DNA of 64,000 nt, from NCBI GenBank assembly GCA_965223665.1, contig OZ245011.1:3840001-3904000 (forward strand), given 5' to 3'. A model generated the notes under the pieces. The model saw only the letters and a list, made by a program, of their open reading frames with translations. It was not told the DNA's origin and searched no databases. The position numbers and the translations under genes are program-made. Below are positions 29,262 to 38,416 of this stretch, piece after piece. Numbering within the stretch: position 1 is the first letter of the stretch; the number at the start of each line of letters is the position of its first letter. The DNA comes from Nitrospinaceae bacterium. Lineage in GTDB: Bacteria > Nitrospinota > Nitrospinia > Nitrospinales > Nitrospinaceae.

Positions 29262-31697
29262 TTATCCTGGATTTATGGGTAACAAGATTATGAAGGTAGC
29301 CCCTTTCCCGTTTTCCGATTCTACGTTGATTTTGCCGCCATATTTTTCAACCATTTTGTGAACGATATTTAATCCCAACCCAGTTCCAGAGCCTTGGCCT
29401 TTAGTAGTGAAGAATGGATCAAAAACCTTGGTTAAATATTCATGGGGAATACCGGGCCCGCTGTCTTTAATTTTTACCTCAATTGACCCATTGAGATGGT
29501 TTGAGTGAATTGAGATTTTCCCTTTACCCTCCATGGCTTGAACTCCATTTCGAATAATATTTACGAATATTTGTTGAATCTCTTCCGGTTTTGCTTTTAT
29601 TGGAGGAAGCGAAGAGTAATATTTTTCTAATTTTATATCATCCGAATAGGAAGCCAGGATAGCAATCTCTGCTGCCGCATCGATTTTTTCATTAATATCC
29701 ACATCCTGTTCTGTATCTTTTTCATTAGATCGGGAATAACCAGCCATATTCAAAATAACTGAAGACATATGTTTGGCTCTGTCTAAAACTTTTTTTGAAT
29801 ATTTGTGAATTTTATCTATATTTTTTTCACCAGAGATTGCTTCTGTATAACCGATAATACTGTATAAGGGATTATTCATTTCATGTGCGATCCCAGCTGT
29901 GAGAGTTCCTAATCCAGACAATTTGTCTGCCCGCATTAATTGATCCAATAATTTTTTCTCTTCTGTAATGTCTTTAAGCATTAAGCCGATCTGATGTTTA
30001 TCCTCTTCTTCAAGAAGAACATCAAAAAATTGGAAGGTAAATATTTTATTTCCCAGATTTACTGAACTGTGTCTCTTGATCTCATTGTCATCTTGAGGTG
30101 CCAAAGGATCCTTTATCTCGTAATTTATAGATGAATTTGAACAAACTTTTCCATTTGTGCCCCTTTTCCCTTCTTTGTAATTCTGAAATTCCTGTTCAAG
30201 CCGAATCCAATCACTTTGGAAATTTTGCTTTAAATCTTCTATGGATTCGATTTTTTGACCATTTAAAATAGGAGAAAAAAAATTATCAAACGCTGAGTTT
30301 GTATATTGTATTTTCCCATTAATATCAAAAATTAATATTGCCTCGGGGACACTCATTAAAATATTTTCAGTATATTTTTTTATATAAACAACCTCTTTGC
30401 TTTTTTCTTCGACTTTTTGCTCTAAGCCAGAAAATGTTCTTTGTAGCATCGAATTCATCGTATTAATTTCTTCAGATAGAACTTCAATTTCGTCACCAGT
30501 TTTTATTTCCAGAGGTTCAACTTGTTTTCCTTGCCCAATGTCCACGGCGGTTTTTTGAAGTTGTTTTATTGGACGGACAATCCTATCCGCAGCAAAAGAT
30601 CCCATTGTTGCTATTAAAATAATTGATACAATTCCCGCAATGGATGCCCACCAAAAAAGCTTTTGCATGGGAGTAAACAGTTCTTCGGATGACTGCCAGG
30701 CAAATGTAAACCAGCTTTTTCCTGTGGAGGCTAAGATGACTTTATTGGTTTCCTCCAAAGGGGAATACCCAATGATGGATAAGTCCTTACTCCCGTGACC
30801 GTCACCTTCTGTTTGTACCCAATTTGCAGAGGGTTGAGTTACGCTTTTGATTAAACTATGGTTTGACAATTTGTGACCCGTTGGCAAAATCGGGCATTGT
30901 ATAACCCTTCCCGTCGAGTCAATAAGCATGACGTGTCCTGTTTCGCCAAAACTGATACGTTCCATAGACGAGGCAAAAAATTCTTTTGCCGAATAATAAC
31001 TATGAAGGATACCGATGGGTTTTTTATTGATTCCTAATATGGGAATTGCTATTTCAAAAATATAATGGCCGGTTTGAGTATCAAAAAATAAATCGCCAAT
31101 GTATTGTTTTTGTGAACCCGATATTATGGGTTGGTGGGATGGGATTTGACGGTTTATGTATGTGGGGTAGTTGTTTACACTTCCTACCAAAACGCCTCTC
31201 AGATCACTTATGTAAAATGCTTTAATAAATTGATTAGTGTGAGAGGAGCTTTTTAAAATACTTTGCAATATTCTTAAGACTCCTCTTTTTAAAAATGAAT
31301 TCGGATGATCTCCGTGAGTTTGATTCCAAATTTGCGTTTGCTCATCCAAAAAAAGTTTTCTGTCCTTTTCCTTCATATTGTCTAAGGTTTTATTTTGCTG
31401 CTGTACCGATAAAATTAAGGTGGGGTGGGAGGACAAATGTTGAAGTCTTATTAATTCATTCTTAAGTAGTAAGTCAATTTTTGTGGAGGTTTCATACGCT
31501 AATGCTTTGAAACTTGCGCCGATAACGGAAATTAAAGATTGGCTACCTTGAATATATGAAAATATTACTGCAAGAAGTAGAGGGATGGCTCCTACCAATA
31601 GAACCATTCGGATTATTTTGGTTTTTAAACCTATTTGCAAAGGTTTAGAAGACTTTGTTTTAGAAGGTTTGATCGTTTTTACATCATGCCTTTGCAT
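29262..31697 (-). CDS. Membrane sensor histidine kinase (Cache-like, HAMP, PAS-like, HisKA, HATPase)
   Basis: Two TMs, HAMP (RPIKQL..GDEIEVL), H-box AGIAHEMNNPL, N-box, DSGPGI, FFTTK and GTGLGL; RBS before ATG 31697. Confidence 0.93.
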   Translation of the reverse strand: MQRHDVKTIKPSKTKSSKPLQIGLKTKIIRMVLLVGAIPLLLAVIFSYIQGSQSLISVIGASFKALAYETSTKIDLLLKNELIRLQHLSSHPTLILSVQQQNKTLDNMKEKDRKLFLDEQTQIWNQTHGDHPNSFLKRGVLRILQSILKSSSHTNQFIKAFYISDLRGVLVGSVNNYPTYINRQIPSHQPIISGSQKQYIGDLFFDTQTGHYIFEIAIPILGINKKPIGILHSYYSAKEFFASSMERISFGETGHVMLIDSTGRVIQCPILPTGHKLSNHSLIKSVTQPSANWVQTEGDGHGSKDLSIIGYSPLEETNKVILASTGKSWFTFAWQSSEELFTPMQKLFWWASIAGIVSIILIATMGSFAADRIVRPIKQLQKTAVDIGQGKQVEPLEIKTGDEIEVLSEEINTMNSMLQRTFSGLEQKVEEKSKEVVYIKKYTENILMSVPEAILIFDINGKIQYTNSAFDNFFSPILNGQKIESIEDLKQNFQSDWIRLEQEFQNYKEGKRGTNGKVCSNSSINYEIKDPLAPQDDNEIKRHSSVNLGNKIFTFQFFDVLLEEEDKHQIGLMLKDITEEKKLLDQLMRADKLSGLGTLTAGIAHEMNNPLYSIIGYTEAISGEKNIDKIHKYSKKVLDRAKHMSSVILNMAGYSRSNEKDTEQDVDINEKIDAAAEIAILASYSDDIKLEKYYSSLPPIKAKPEEIQQIFVNIIRNGVQAMEGKGKISIHSNHLNGSIEVKIKDSGPGIPHEYLTKVFDPFFTTKGQGSGTGLGLNIVHKMVEKYGGKINVESENGKGATFIILLPINPG

Positions 31698-31944
31698 AAA
31701 TTCCTTTCCCAAAAGATGTATAAAAACGTCCAAATACAAAAAAAAGAAAAAGGAGCCTCTAACTAAGAAATATAGGACTTTATACTAAAAAAGTCATCTT
31801 CTTGTGAAAAAAAGTTGCAAATTATTCCCTCATGTCCCTATGTTTAATATTAATGAGAAAGGAGCATATAAAGGCTTCCTTGTGCTCCCCTTTGTAAAAA
31901 AACATATTAATTTTGTCCGTAAACCTTTTCGGGTGGAGGATCCT

Positions 31945-32340
31945 ATGATTAAAGGTAAAATCTTAGTCGTTGATGATGAAGATGATATTCGCGATGTAAT
32001 AAGAATGCAATTGGAAGAAAGAGGATTTAGAGTCATTGAAGCAACAAATGGAGAAGAAGCAATCGAATTGCTGCATAGTGAAAATAATTTAGTTAATGTA
32101 GGCCTGATGCTTTGTGATATCCGGATGCCAAAAGTTAACGGAGTGGAAGCAATTGACTATTTGAAACAACATGCTCCGGGGATTCCTATTGTGGTTATAA
32201 CAGGATATCCTGATACGCAATTGGCCACAGAGCTTATGAAAAAGGGTGTTAAAGACTACCTTGTCAAACCAGTCGAAAAGGACAAGCTTATTCAGGTCGT
32301 GGACAATATAATTGCTGTTGGTAAGGATTTTGAGTATTAG
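31945..32340 (+). CDS. Single-domain response regulator (receiver only)
   Basis: ILVVDDE, CDIRMP, ITG and YLVKP. GGAGG RBS before ATG 31945, so the ORF-track start at 31804 is probably too early. Confidence 0.92.
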   Translation: MIKGKILVVDDEDDIRDVIRMQLEERGFRVIEATNGEEAIELLHSENNLVNVGLMLCDIRMPKVNGVEAIDYLKQHAPGIPIVVITGYPDTQLATELMKKGVKDYLVKPVEKDKLIQVVDNIIAVGKDFEY

Positions 32341-32363
32341 AATGGTGTAACCTTAAAATTAAT

Positions 32364-32403
32364 AAAGGCTTTGTAACCTTTGGGTTGCAAAGCCTTTTTT
32401 TTT
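32364..32403 (+). terminator. Rho-independent terminator after the response regulator
   Basis: AAAGGCTTTGTAACC-TTTG-GGTTGCAAAGCCTTT hairpin followed by a T-run. Confidence 0.85.
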
Positions 32404-32425
32404 CGTCTAAATTATCATCAATCTT

Positions 32426-32773
32426 ATGAAAATGATCAAATGCTACATTCGATATGAAAAATTGGATGAAGTGAGAGAAAAACTTTTTGCACTTGGTGTT
32501 CCCGGTTTGTCAGTTAGTGAAGTTAAGGGGATTGGGAAACCACTTAGCCAAATGCGTTCTGACTCTAATTCTACACTGGATAAGGTTCCGCATTTCCGGC
32601 CCCGAATGGAAGTTACCATTGTTTTAGAAAATGAAGGTGTTGAGGAAGTTATCCAAGCTTTAGAAGATACATTGCGAACAGGTAGTTTAGGGGACGGTAA
32701 AATTTTTGTGCTTCCTGTTGAAGATGCAATTCGCGTTCGTACAGGCGAAAGAGGCAGACAAGCGCTTTATTAA
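32426..32773 (+). CDS. P-II family protein with a non-canonical T-loop
   Basis: MKMIKCYIR, B-loop TGSLGDGKIFV and C-loop RVRTGE. Confidence 0.9.
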   Translation: MKMIKCYIRYEKLDEVREKLFALGVPGLSVSEVKGIGKPLSQMRSDSNSTLDKVPHFRPRMEVTIVLENEGVEEVIQALEDTLRTGSLGDGKIFVLPVEDAIRVRTGERGRQALY

Positions 32774-32834
32774 GAATTAACTCTCCTGATTCACCAATAC
32801 CTGCTTCATAAAAGTGGAGCAGTTAACCGCTAGA

Positions 32835-33527
32835 ATGAACTTAATCCAGCAGAATCTTTCCGCTGTTAAAAACAAGATTGATCAAGCAATAAAAAGATCT
32901 GGAAGGGACCCTCAACAGGTCCGCCTGGTTGCTGTTTCTAAACAAGTGGCGGTATCAAATATTTTAATAGCTTATCAAGCAGGTCAGTTAATTTTTGGGG
33001 AAAATAAAATACAAGAAGCACATCAAAAAATTGAAGAATGTAAGAACTATAATATAGGCTGGCATTTTATTGGTCATTTGCAAAAAAATAAAGCTAAATG
33101 GATTCCCGGATTTTTTGAATTAGTCCACTCAGTTGATGACTTTGAATTGGCAGAGCGAATTCATAAGTTTAGTTTAAAGCAAGATTTGGTTACAAAAATA
33201 CTGGTTCAGGTAAATATTGCTGGAGAGTCCTCCAAGTTTGGAGTCTCTTCAACCCATTTGATGAAATTGCTCAAAGATATTTCTCCTTTGGAAGGAATTT
33301 CGGTAAGAGGTTTAATGTGTATTCCACCCTATGATTTAGACCCAGAGAAATCTAGAAAATACTTTGTGCAGTTGAGGGAATTGCGTGACAAAATGGTTAA
33401 AGAAAATATATCAAACATTTTTTTAGATGAATTATCGATGGGAATGTCAAACGATTTTGAAATTGCAATTGAAGAAGGTGCCACCTTAGTTCGGGTGGGT
33501 ACGTCGATTTTTGGATCCAGGGATTAG
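32835..33527 (+). CDS. yggS: PLP homeostasis protein YggS
   Basis: LVAVSK, FGEN..QE, WHFIGHLQKNK, LSMGMSND and RVGTSIFG; adjacent to proC. Confidence 0.96.
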   Translation: MNLIQQNLSAVKNKIDQAIKRSGRDPQQVRLVAVSKQVAVSNILIAYQAGQLIFGENKIQEAHQKIEECKNYNIGWHFIGHLQKNKAKWIPGFFELVHSVDDFELAERIHKFSLKQDLVTKILVQVNIAGESSKFGVSSTHLMKLLKDISPLEGISVRGLMCIPPYDLDPEKSRKYFVQLRELRDKMVKENISNIFLDELSMGMSNDFEIAIEEGATLVRVGTSIFGSRD

Positions 33528-33578
33528 CTGGAAACCCAATTCAATAAAATTTTGCAAGAAAATAAGGAGAAACCCTAA

Positions 33579-34418
33579 GTGTTACGAGGAAAAAAAATAG
33601 GTTTTTTAGGTGGTGGAAATATGGCGGAGGCCATGATCAAAGGTTTATTGTCAGCTTCTTTTATCGAATCAAAAAATATTATTTCTTCAGATCTATCTGA
33701 TGAACGATTGCAAATTTTAAAAGATAAATACAGCATTCATGTCTCCCAGGACAATAGAGACATGGCGAAAAACTCAGACATAATAATTATTGCTGTAAAA
33801 CCACAAGCCATAAAAAATGTTTTGTCTGAGATCTACGATTTGATTAATGAAAATAAGCTAATAATATCTGTCGCTGCAGGTGTTTCTATTAAGTCATTAG
33901 AATCATATTTAAATTTGGATGGGCATAGTAAAGTGAATGTAATTCGATCAATGCCAAATACTCCTGCCCTAGTTCAAGCAGGGGTAACTGCATTGGCTTC
34001 TGGTCATAATGTTTCAAAATCAAATTTAAAAATTGGTCACCGAATATTTGAAGCCATTGGGAAAACTGTTGATGTTGATGAAACCCATTTAGATGCCGTC
34101 ACCGGTCTTAGTGGAAGTGGCCCAGCATATATTTTTACTATCATTGAGGCTTTATCCGATGCGGGAGTTAAAATGGGTTTATCTCGGGAAGTTGCAAACA
34201 TCCTAACTATTCAAACCGTTTTGGGGTCTGCAAAGCTGGCGTTAGAAACTGGGAAACATCCGGGTGAATTAAAAGATATGGTGACTTCCCCTGGAGGAAC
34301 TACTATTTCTGGATTGCATACTATAGAAAAGGGTGGTTTAAGAACTACTCTGATCAATGCTGTAGAGGAAGCTACGAAACGTTCCATAATGCTTGGTAAA
34401 GGAACTATTGGATCTTAA
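33579..34418 (+). CDS. proC: Pyrroline-5-carboxylate reductase
   Basis: GGGNMAEA, AVKPQ, RSMPNTP, SGSGPAY and VTSPGGTT. Confidence 0.97.
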   Translation: MLRGKKIGFLGGGNMAEAMIKGLLSASFIESKNIISSDLSDERLQILKDKYSIHVSQDNRDMAKNSDIIIIAVKPQAIKNVLSEIYDLINENKLIISVAAGVSIKSLESYLNLDGHSKVNVIRSMPNTPALVQAGVTALASGHNVSKSNLKIGHRIFEAIGKTVDVDETHLDAVTGLSGSGPAYIFTIIEALSDAGVKMGLSREVANILTIQTVLGSAKLALETGKHPGELKDMVTSPGGTTISGLHTIEKGGLRTTLINAVEEATKRSIMLGKGTIGS

Positions 34419-34635
34419 AGGAATTTAGTTGACGACTTATACCTAGGGGATCATATTAATTGAAAAGAGTAGGTAAGTAATTTGGAATGATTTGGGAGGG
34501 GCCTACTTTTTAAATTGTGTTGTATGGATTATAGGGTTGTTCAGAAAAAAAATTATATGAGAAAATAATTGTAAATGGGTAATAAATGCGGCAACCCTTT
34601 TAAAGATTAATTGAGATTCTTTTTGTCAATTCATT

Positions 34636-34869
34636 TTATTTCGCTCTATACTTTTGCCATTCCCCCCATCCACAAAGACCCAATCCAACAAATAATAACC
34701 AAGTAGGATGCAAAACTTGTTCAGGTTTTTGAAAATATAGAATTAGCATTAATGCTACACCGGCCATCGTAATCACCAATCCCCAATGAAGCTTATCCAT
34801 TCCCTTGCAAAAAAGATCTGGATTTTTTAATTCTTTGCGAATTTCCGGTTTAAGTTCAAAGTGAAACAT
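34636..34869 (-). CDS. Small two-TM hypothetical protein overlapping the larE stop
   Basis: 77 aa, two hydrophobic segments, 14-nt overlap with larE. Confidence 0.6.
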   Translation of the reverse strand: MFHFELKPEIRKELKNPDLFCKGMDKLHWGLVITMAGVALMLILYFQKPEQVLHPTWLLFVGLGLCGWGEWQKYRAK

Positions 34870-35698
34870 TGTTATTTTCCATTTTTTCTGTTTTAGAGAT
34901 AGTTTCGTTTAAACTTCCCGTTCGGTATCCTTCTAGGTCAACAGTTACATAGTTGAATCCGAACCTTTTTAATTGGGCAACGATTGAGGAATAGTTTTCC
35001 TCTTGAAAAAACTTTTTCAGATCTGTTTTAGAGAACTCAATGCGAGCCAAATATTCATGATTGCGAACTCGGACTTGACGGTAACCTAAATTTTTAAGAA
35101 AATCCTCAGCTAACTCTATCATTCTTAATTTTTTTTCAGTAATTTTTGACCCATAAGGAATTCGGGAAGATAAGCACGCCATGGCTGGCTTATCCCAAGT
35201 GGGTAAATTGAGTTCCTTGGAAAATTCTCTTACATCTTTTTTTGTAAAAGACGCTTCACAGAGAGGACTTCGAATTTTGTTTTCTTCAGCAGATTTCAAA
35301 CCCGGACGGTGATCACCTAAATCATCTAAGTTCGTTCCGTTTGCTATGAAAGGTATCTTATATTGATCAGCAATTTTTTTAAGTTGGGAATAGAGTTCTG
35401 TTTTGCAATGGTAACAGCGGTTAGTAGGATTTTCGATATATTCTTTCGAGTCCATTTCATGGGTAGATACAACAATATGTTTGGCATCAACGAGTTTGGC
35501 AAACTGTTTGGCTTTATCCAATTCGCTAAAAGGTAAACTTGGAGATTGAGCCGTTACCGCAATGGCACTTTCGCCTAGTACCTGTTTGCTGACGGCTAAA
35601 AGTAACGCACTATCTACACCTCCAGAAAAGGCAACTAAGATACTTCCCATTTCTTTCAATATATTTTCTAATTTAATCTTCTTTTGGGTTAGGGACAT
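34856..35698 (-). CDS. larE: LarE-family ATP-dependent sulfur insertase
   Basis: PP-loop AFSGGVDS, RCYHCK, GTN.DD..D.RPG, ACLSSRIPYG and VRVR.H. Confidence 0.9.
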   Translation of the reverse strand: MSLTQKKIKLENILKEMGSILVAFSGGVDSALLLAVSKQVLGESAIAVTAQSPSLPFSELDKAKQFAKLVDAKHIVVSTHEMDSKEYIENPTNRCYHCKTELYSQLKKIADQYKIPFIANGTNLDDLGDHRPGLKSAEENKIRSPLCEASFTKKDVREFSKELNLPTWDKPAMACLSSRIPYGSKITEKKLRMIELAEDFLKNLGYRQVRVRNHEYLARIEFSKTDLKKFFQEENYSSIVAQLKRFGFNYVTVDLEGYRTGSLNETISKTEKMENNNVSL

Positions 35699-35750
35699 TG
35701 GGATAAATTGGAAAAGCAATAAAGAGATAAAATATCACAAAATGGAAGAC

Positions 35751-35789
35751 AAAAAAATATCCGGGAGCGGGGGGAGCCGCTCCCGGATA
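35751..35789 (-). terminator. Strong Rho-independent terminator (minus strand)
   Basis: Perfect 13-bp stem TATCCGGGAGCGG / CCGCTCCCGGATA with a 6-nt loop, followed by U7 on the minus strand. Confidence 0.85.
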
Positions 35790-35830
35790 AGGAGGAGGTA
35801 TAAAAGGTTTTAAGTTTTACTATCCTTATT
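35751..35830 (-). ncRNA. Candidate small RNA with anti-Shine-Dalgarno C-rich motifs
   Basis: TATAAT at 35837-35842 (minus), CCUCCUCCUU just 5' of the terminator stem, and a CUCCCC terminator loop. Confidence 0.4.
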
Positions 35831-36062
35831 AGCTATATTATAAACAATTTATTTGAAGACCGATGGTTTAGACTTATCCAGTTTTTAAGATCAGAAATGA
35901 TATTTTTTTTATTCTATTTTTTGAATTACACTTTCCATCAATAAAATAATATAAAACAAGGGGTTGAATAATTTAGGATAAGTTAAGAGGTGAGTTTATT
36001 AAGGCAAAAAAGGCATAAACAAGGACATCTTGGTGTCAGCTTGAGAAGTCAGCCAAGAAAAC

Positions 36063-37076
36063 CTAACCGCCAATGGCATGCATGGCCCGGGTGGGACGTT
36101 CGAAATCATCTAAATTAATTTTATGTCCTGGTTCTTTAATGACAAGAGCCTCCCGAATTCTTTGCTCAATTTGATGGTCAGTAGCACCACTTCGGATTAA
36201 CTCTTTTAAATTGTGTTCATTGGTTGAGAAAAGACAAGTTCGCAGTTTACCGTCTGCAGTCATTCTAATGCGGTTACAATAGTCACAAAAGGGATTGCTC
36301 ACGGCAGTAATAATTCCTATTTTCCCTTTGCCATCTGCAAAACGATATTCACTTGCTGGTCCAATTTCTAATGAATCCTGAATCGGGACTAAATCATATT
36401 TTTTGCCTATAATTTCTAAAATCTCATGGCCAAAGAGGACTTTATCTCTCTCCCAGATTTGGTCCGCATCTAAAGGCATAAACTCAATAAACCTTATCTC
36501 GAAACCCTCGGATCGCCCCATGTCAACCAATTTTACCAATTCGGGTTCAGAGAAATTTCGGATCGCTACAGCATTGACTTTTATAGATTGAAAACCTAAT
36601 TCTCTAGCCTCTGACATACCCTCCAGAACCTGATCTAAGCAATCTCTTCGATTTACATGGGTAAACTTTTCTTTGTCTAATGCATCTAAGCTTATATTCA
36701 ATCTTTGTAATCCAGCCTCTTTTAAAGCCTTTGCATGTTGCTTTAGAAAAAATGCATTAGTAGTCATTGCTATGTCTTCAATGCCATCTACGCTCTTAAG
36801 CATCCGAATCAGTAGGGGTAGATCTTTCCTTAAGAGGGGTTCTCCGCCTGTTAATCGAAGGCGAAAAATTCCCATACGAGAGACTACTTCAACGACGCGT
36901 TGGATTTCTTCAAAGGATAGTAAATTTGAACGATCCATAAACTCAACATTGTCTGCAGGCATACAATAAGTACAGCGAAAATTACAACGATCTGTCACTG
37001 AGATCCGCAAATTAACAATTTTACGTCCCATTCCATCAATGAGTTCAGGCCGTTTAACTTTATTAGTTTCTTCCAT
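36063..37076 (-). CDS. moaA: GTP 3',8-cyclase (molybdopterin biosynthesis)
   Basis: LRISVTDRCNFRCTYCMP, TGGEP, FCDYCNRIR...C and C-terminal IGG. Confidence 0.97.
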   Translation of the reverse strand: MEETNKVKRPELIDGMGRKIVNLRISVTDRCNFRCTYCMPADNVEFMDRSNLLSFEEIQRVVEVVSRMGIFRLRLTGGEPLLRKDLPLLIRMLKSVDGIEDIAMTTNAFFLKQHAKALKEAGLQRLNISLDALDKEKFTHVNRRDCLDQVLEGMSEARELGFQSIKVNAVAIRNFSEPELVKLVDMGRSEGFEIRFIEFMPLDADQIWERDKVLFGHEILEIIGKKYDLVPIQDSLEIGPASEYRFADGKGKIGIITAVSNPFCDYCNRIRMTADGKLRTCLFSTNEHNLKELIRSGATDHQIEQRIREALVIKEPGHKINLDDFERPTRAMHAIGG

Positions 37077-37568
37077 TGGGGTATCTTTTGGCTGTATTAT
37101 TTATAAACAAAACTCTTTTAGAGATTTTCTCTGAAAAAAAATTAATTCTTTTTATCTGAATTATATTTTGCAAATTATACTCTTTTTGATAATTAGATGC
37201 ACTGGAATTGTCATATTGGAGGATTAAACAAAGTAAACCAGATCAAGTTTTATTTAATTTTTAATTCATAGGATTGTCATTTCTTTAAAAAGAGCTCCAA
37301 TTAGGATGTTTTTGTGAAAATTCTCTTTATAACTATTTGAATTTATTGAACCTGCTGATGGTTTGTAGATTTTTATCTGATGAAATTTGCCTGATATTGA
37401 TGAAAACTAAGAACTTTAACAGGCCTTTCGCATCTAAATTACGGTAAATGGCAATAATTAAAGGATTTATTATTCGGCTTTCAAGGAACTTTGATATAGA
37501 ATAAATCCTTCAATTTTTAAATAACTAATACAAAAATTTAACCAACAAAAGGTTGAAATAAAAGCCCT

Positions 37569-38321
37569 ATGTCTGTTGTTGAAGAAAAGTTTTCATCAAA
37601 GTTTGATGAGGCTGCAAGTAAACCCAAAAATCGTGGAGCATATTATCAGGAAGATGCTGCCGATAAAGGATTAGCACTAGTAGAGGCAAAATTTAAGGAT
37701 ATGAAATTATATTGGTTGGTTGATACTCAGGAAGATCGAGTATACAGTGCCAAATTCTTTGCATATGGTGGAAAAGTTTCTATAGCGATTTGTGAAACCC
37801 TTTGTTCTATGGTGAAAGGCTTAACCATTGAGGAAGCCTGTTCGCTATTAGGGGCTGATGTTGAAAATGCGCTGAGGGATTCTCCGGAGGAACCTGCTGT
37901 ACCGGAATCAAAAAAATTAGCTTTTGGAAATATTCCTGAGCTATTGAAACTTATAAAAGAAAAATATCCAGAAGCCAAAGCAATCGCATTAGCAAGTCAA
38001 TCCATTAAAGATACCGGGGTCAAACCTGCGAGTGCTAAAGAGCTTACTCTTCAAGAACAAGCATGGTTAGGTTTAAGTGAGGAAGAACAAATCCAGCAAA
38101 TAAATATAGTTTTAGATGAAAAAATTCGACCTGCACTTATGAATGATGGAGGAAATGTGCAGGTTATGGAAGTGGTTGATGGAGAAAAAATAATCATTCA
38201 ATACCAAGGTGCGTGTGGGAGTTGCGGATCTTCTTTGGGAGCTACCCTTTCTTTTATTGAGCAAACCTTGAGAAAAAGCATTTACAATGATTTGCAAGTA
38301 GTTCCTAACTCAGTTCTTTAA
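37569..38321 (+). CDS. NifU-like fusion: degenerate IscU-like N-domain plus NifU-C (Nfu) domain
   Basis: AKFFAYG..VKGLTIEEA (IscU-like) and IRPALMNDGG..YQGACGSC (Nfu); heads the suf operon. Confidence 0.8.
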   Translation: MSVVEEKFSSKFDEAASKPKNRGAYYQEDAADKGLALVEAKFKDMKLYWLVDTQEDRVYSAKFFAYGGKVSIAICETLCSMVKGLTIEEACSLLGADVENALRDSPEEPAVPESKKLAFGNIPELLKLIKEKYPEAKAIALASQSIKDTGVKPASAKELTLQEQAWLGLSEEEQIQQINIVLDEKIRPALMNDGGNVQVMEVVDGEKIIIQYQGACGSCGSSLGATLSFIEQTLRKSIYNDLQVVPNSVL

Positions 38322-38416
38322 TGATTTCTTGTTCCTCTATTGGACCTTTTTAAATAGTTTTTATTAATAGGTGCTTTCCAAAATTTCTTTCTTTATTTGA
38401 AAGAAGGAGTCTTAAA

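Noticed and set aside
35562-35813. 83-aa plus-strand ORF crossing the GC-rich hairpin
   Set aside because: It is antisense to larE, and its odd C-terminus is simply the hairpin translated.
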